Assembly (NCBI GenBank): GCA_964270895.1
Contig: OZ185440.1
Length of the DNA stretch: 64,000 nucleotides
Direction: 5' to 3' (one strand)
Source of the DNA: Podarcis filfolensis
Taxonomy: Eukaryota
Below are positions 61,697 to 64,000 of the stretch, one piece after another. The position numbers and the translations under genes were made by a program. Positions within the stretch are counted from its first letter, which is position 1, and every line of letters starts with the position of its first letter. Below the pieces are notes generated by a model. That model was given only the letters and a program-made list of their open reading frames with translations, did not search any database and had not been told where the DNA came from.

Positions 61697-63643
61697 ACAT
61701 GCTCAGGACTGCAATTTTCTGTCAGGATCAAGAAGCATGTAATACAAGACCAATGCCACCAAGTAAGATTGTTTGGGGATTCACAAGCCTATTCCCATCC
61801 ATAGCAACACTGTGAGAGTTAATCCCTTCGTGATCTGTCAAAAAGTATTGTGGATTCATTGATTTTGTGAAGTCAAGCCACTTGCATAGCTTATTCACTA
61901 CAGTGATGCACTTGAAATCGAAGGCCTGGCCAATAGCCTGTGTGGTAATCCTCCCAAACCCTTGCTTCACATTGCAAAGTGACCTGGCTTACCTCCTGGC
62001 AATGCAGCTTCTCTTACTACTGTACAAATGTAACTAAAGAATATGGGTTTGTCAACACGCACACACACCTGACCATCAAGCATAGGTGCCTTCTTTGAGT
62101 TAGGAGCTATTAAATGGGCTCACCAGCCACCTACTTCTAGGTACCCTCAACAGCTACCTGACAGGCAGAAATTCAACAGGTGTGGTTTCCCTTCTCTGCA
62201 CCTTCATGTTGGCAAAATGTTTTCCTGCTCAGTCATACATCTGCTAAAGGCACATGAGCTTTGCTGGGTGGGGCTGATGTAGCACTCCTGTTGTGGTACA
62301 GTTCTTGCTGCTCAACATGATAATATGCATGTACCAAAACTGCTCGCAGAGCAACCCTATGAACGTTTACTCAAAAGCAAAACCCACTGTCTCTAATGGC
62401 ACTTACCCTCTGGTGAGTGTGCTTAGGATTGCCACCTGTGTCCAGTAACAGCAAATACATATTCTGAAGGTCTCGTGCATCTATCAAAAGCAGTCATCAT
62501 TAGGTGCTGAGTATATTATTATTTTTTGTTGTCGTTCTTTTGATTAATACCTCCATTCATTTGCAACACCTTTCTCTGCCATGTGAATTTCTCATGGTTA
62601 TATACATAGTATTGGTGGAAAGTGGAAAAGAGAAAAGGGGAGGGTGTTGTTAAGGAAAGAGAATTTGCCAGGGACTTGATCCTTAACTTAGATCAGTGCT
62701 AGAGCCCACTGGACCAGCAGTATGTGCGATAATAATAAGTAACATCATGCTTCTTCTGAGCAATGCAAAACAACTTTGCCTCACTGATGAAAGATCATAG
62801 TAATTTGCACATGCATGTACGTGAACATTCATGTGTACACACAAAGATATAGATTGTGAACAGGAGACTGGATTCGTCTACCTGGAGCCCCAACACACAT
62901 TTTTAGCAATTAGTCCTGGAAAAGAGCATTCTGTTTGGGTATAGCCTGGTTAATGTGGAGTAGAATGAAGTATTCTTCTGGGCTCCCAGCAGGAATGCTC
63001 ACTCCTTTGATGGAGAGAGAAGAGAGTGAAAGGATTTGTCTGTGTAATAGATGTTTCCCCTGAAGGTCTGCGTCAGATCCCCAGGTGGGGAGCCTGTCTC
63101 TAGCTGCTGATATTCAATTCCATGTCACACATAAATAAGGGAGAACAAGCCAGCTCCTATTTTTATAGGCCTTTTATCTTTCACTCTCCCTGTCTCTTAT
63201 TCTCTCTCTCAGATACACGTCCTTTCCTGCATATTCTGGGCTTTGCAGTACAGCACTAATTAACTTTGCTAATTAGCTCAAGCTTGCACTCACTGACAAT
63301 AAATGTGCAGTGCACTGTGAGTCCAGAGTATTATTAATGAAATGGACACAGACACCTTCACTGGGGAGAAGAAAGCTTAAGGGCTGTGTGTGCGCCAAGC
63401 GGCATCGAGAAATATAACGGATGTGGCAATGAATTTATTCTGTGGCTCATAAACCTAGTACATTTCCATCTCCTGAAGTAACAGACACCAGGGAAAGGAG
63501 CAAGGTACTATCAGTGTGTATGTGTGAGAGAGCAGATTCAGTAGTGGCCAGGGCTCCTGCAGCTTTAATAATTGTATAAAAGGGGAATTTTTGACAAGTA
63601 CATCTTTCCCAACTGCCTATGACCAGAATTGCATCATCTACAT

Positions 63644-63916
63644 CAGGGGTGGCCAACTCCCAAGAGACTGCCATCTACTCACAGAGTTAAAAACTGGCAG
63701 TGATCTACCCCATTTTGGGGGGTTCAGGTCAAAGTTCTTGAGCTTTTTTAGGCGGGAAAGCCCTGCTTTTTGGGGTTCAGGTCAAAGTTCTTGAGCTTTT
63801 TTAGGAGAGCCCAAGTTGTTGAGCTTCTTTGGGGGGAGGCACTGATCTACCAGTGATCTACCACAAACGTCCACTGATCTACTGGTAGATCACAAACTAC
63901 CTGTTGGGCATGCCTG
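63644..63916. mobile_element. hAT MITE
   Basis: TIR CAGGGGTGGCCAAC/GTTGGGCATGCCTG and 8-bp TSD ATCTACAT/ATTTATAT. An internal unit of about 40 bp is duplicated, and GATCTAC is repeated. Confidence 0.85.
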
Positions 63917-64000
63917 ATTTATATAATGCATTAAAAGTGAAGGAGGTATGTCTTATACAGCACAGACCAAGTCACCCAGCAAACAGGAACAGAAAATACT

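Larger units (their letters stand above)
1..64000. other. Non-coding (intronic or intergenic) squamate reptile genomic DNA
   Basis: Squamate-type SINEs and LINEs throughout. CpG is depleted outside young TEs. No ORF resembles a host protein and there is no CpG island. Confidence 0.8.

Noticed and set aside
61357-61804. ORFs with poly-K/poly-S and poly-L/poly-F runs
   Set aside because: They are translations of the SINE microsatellite tail.

Overview
This is a vertebrate, almost certainly squamate, window. The Sauria SINE, BovB, Squam3-type CORE-SINE, L2 and CR1 complement points to a lacertid-type lizard, although the species cannot be fixed from sequence alone. I recognise no protein-coding exon, RNA gene, CpG-island promoter or CRISPR-like array. 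The ORFs in the track are chance ORFs or retroelement relics (BovB RT, L2 and CR1 ORF2 C-termini, RTE zinc finger, Penelope RT plus GIY-YIG). The window reads as intronic or intergenic DNA dense in short SINE/LINE fragments and hAT and Tc1/mariner MITEs, with one 129-bp N gap. Unique DNA lies between the repeats. The most informative non-repeat signals are a near-consensus REST/NRSF RE1 site (27275-27295), an isolated 21-bp perfect inverted repeat of pre-miRNA size (28582-28647), CTCF/RFX/POU/PBX motif candidates, and a minus-strand excess of retroelements. Together these suggest, by inference only, a large intron of a plus-strand neuronal gene. I found no convincing new biological system. Family names come from recalled consensus features, not database searches, and the boundaries of old repeats are approximate.
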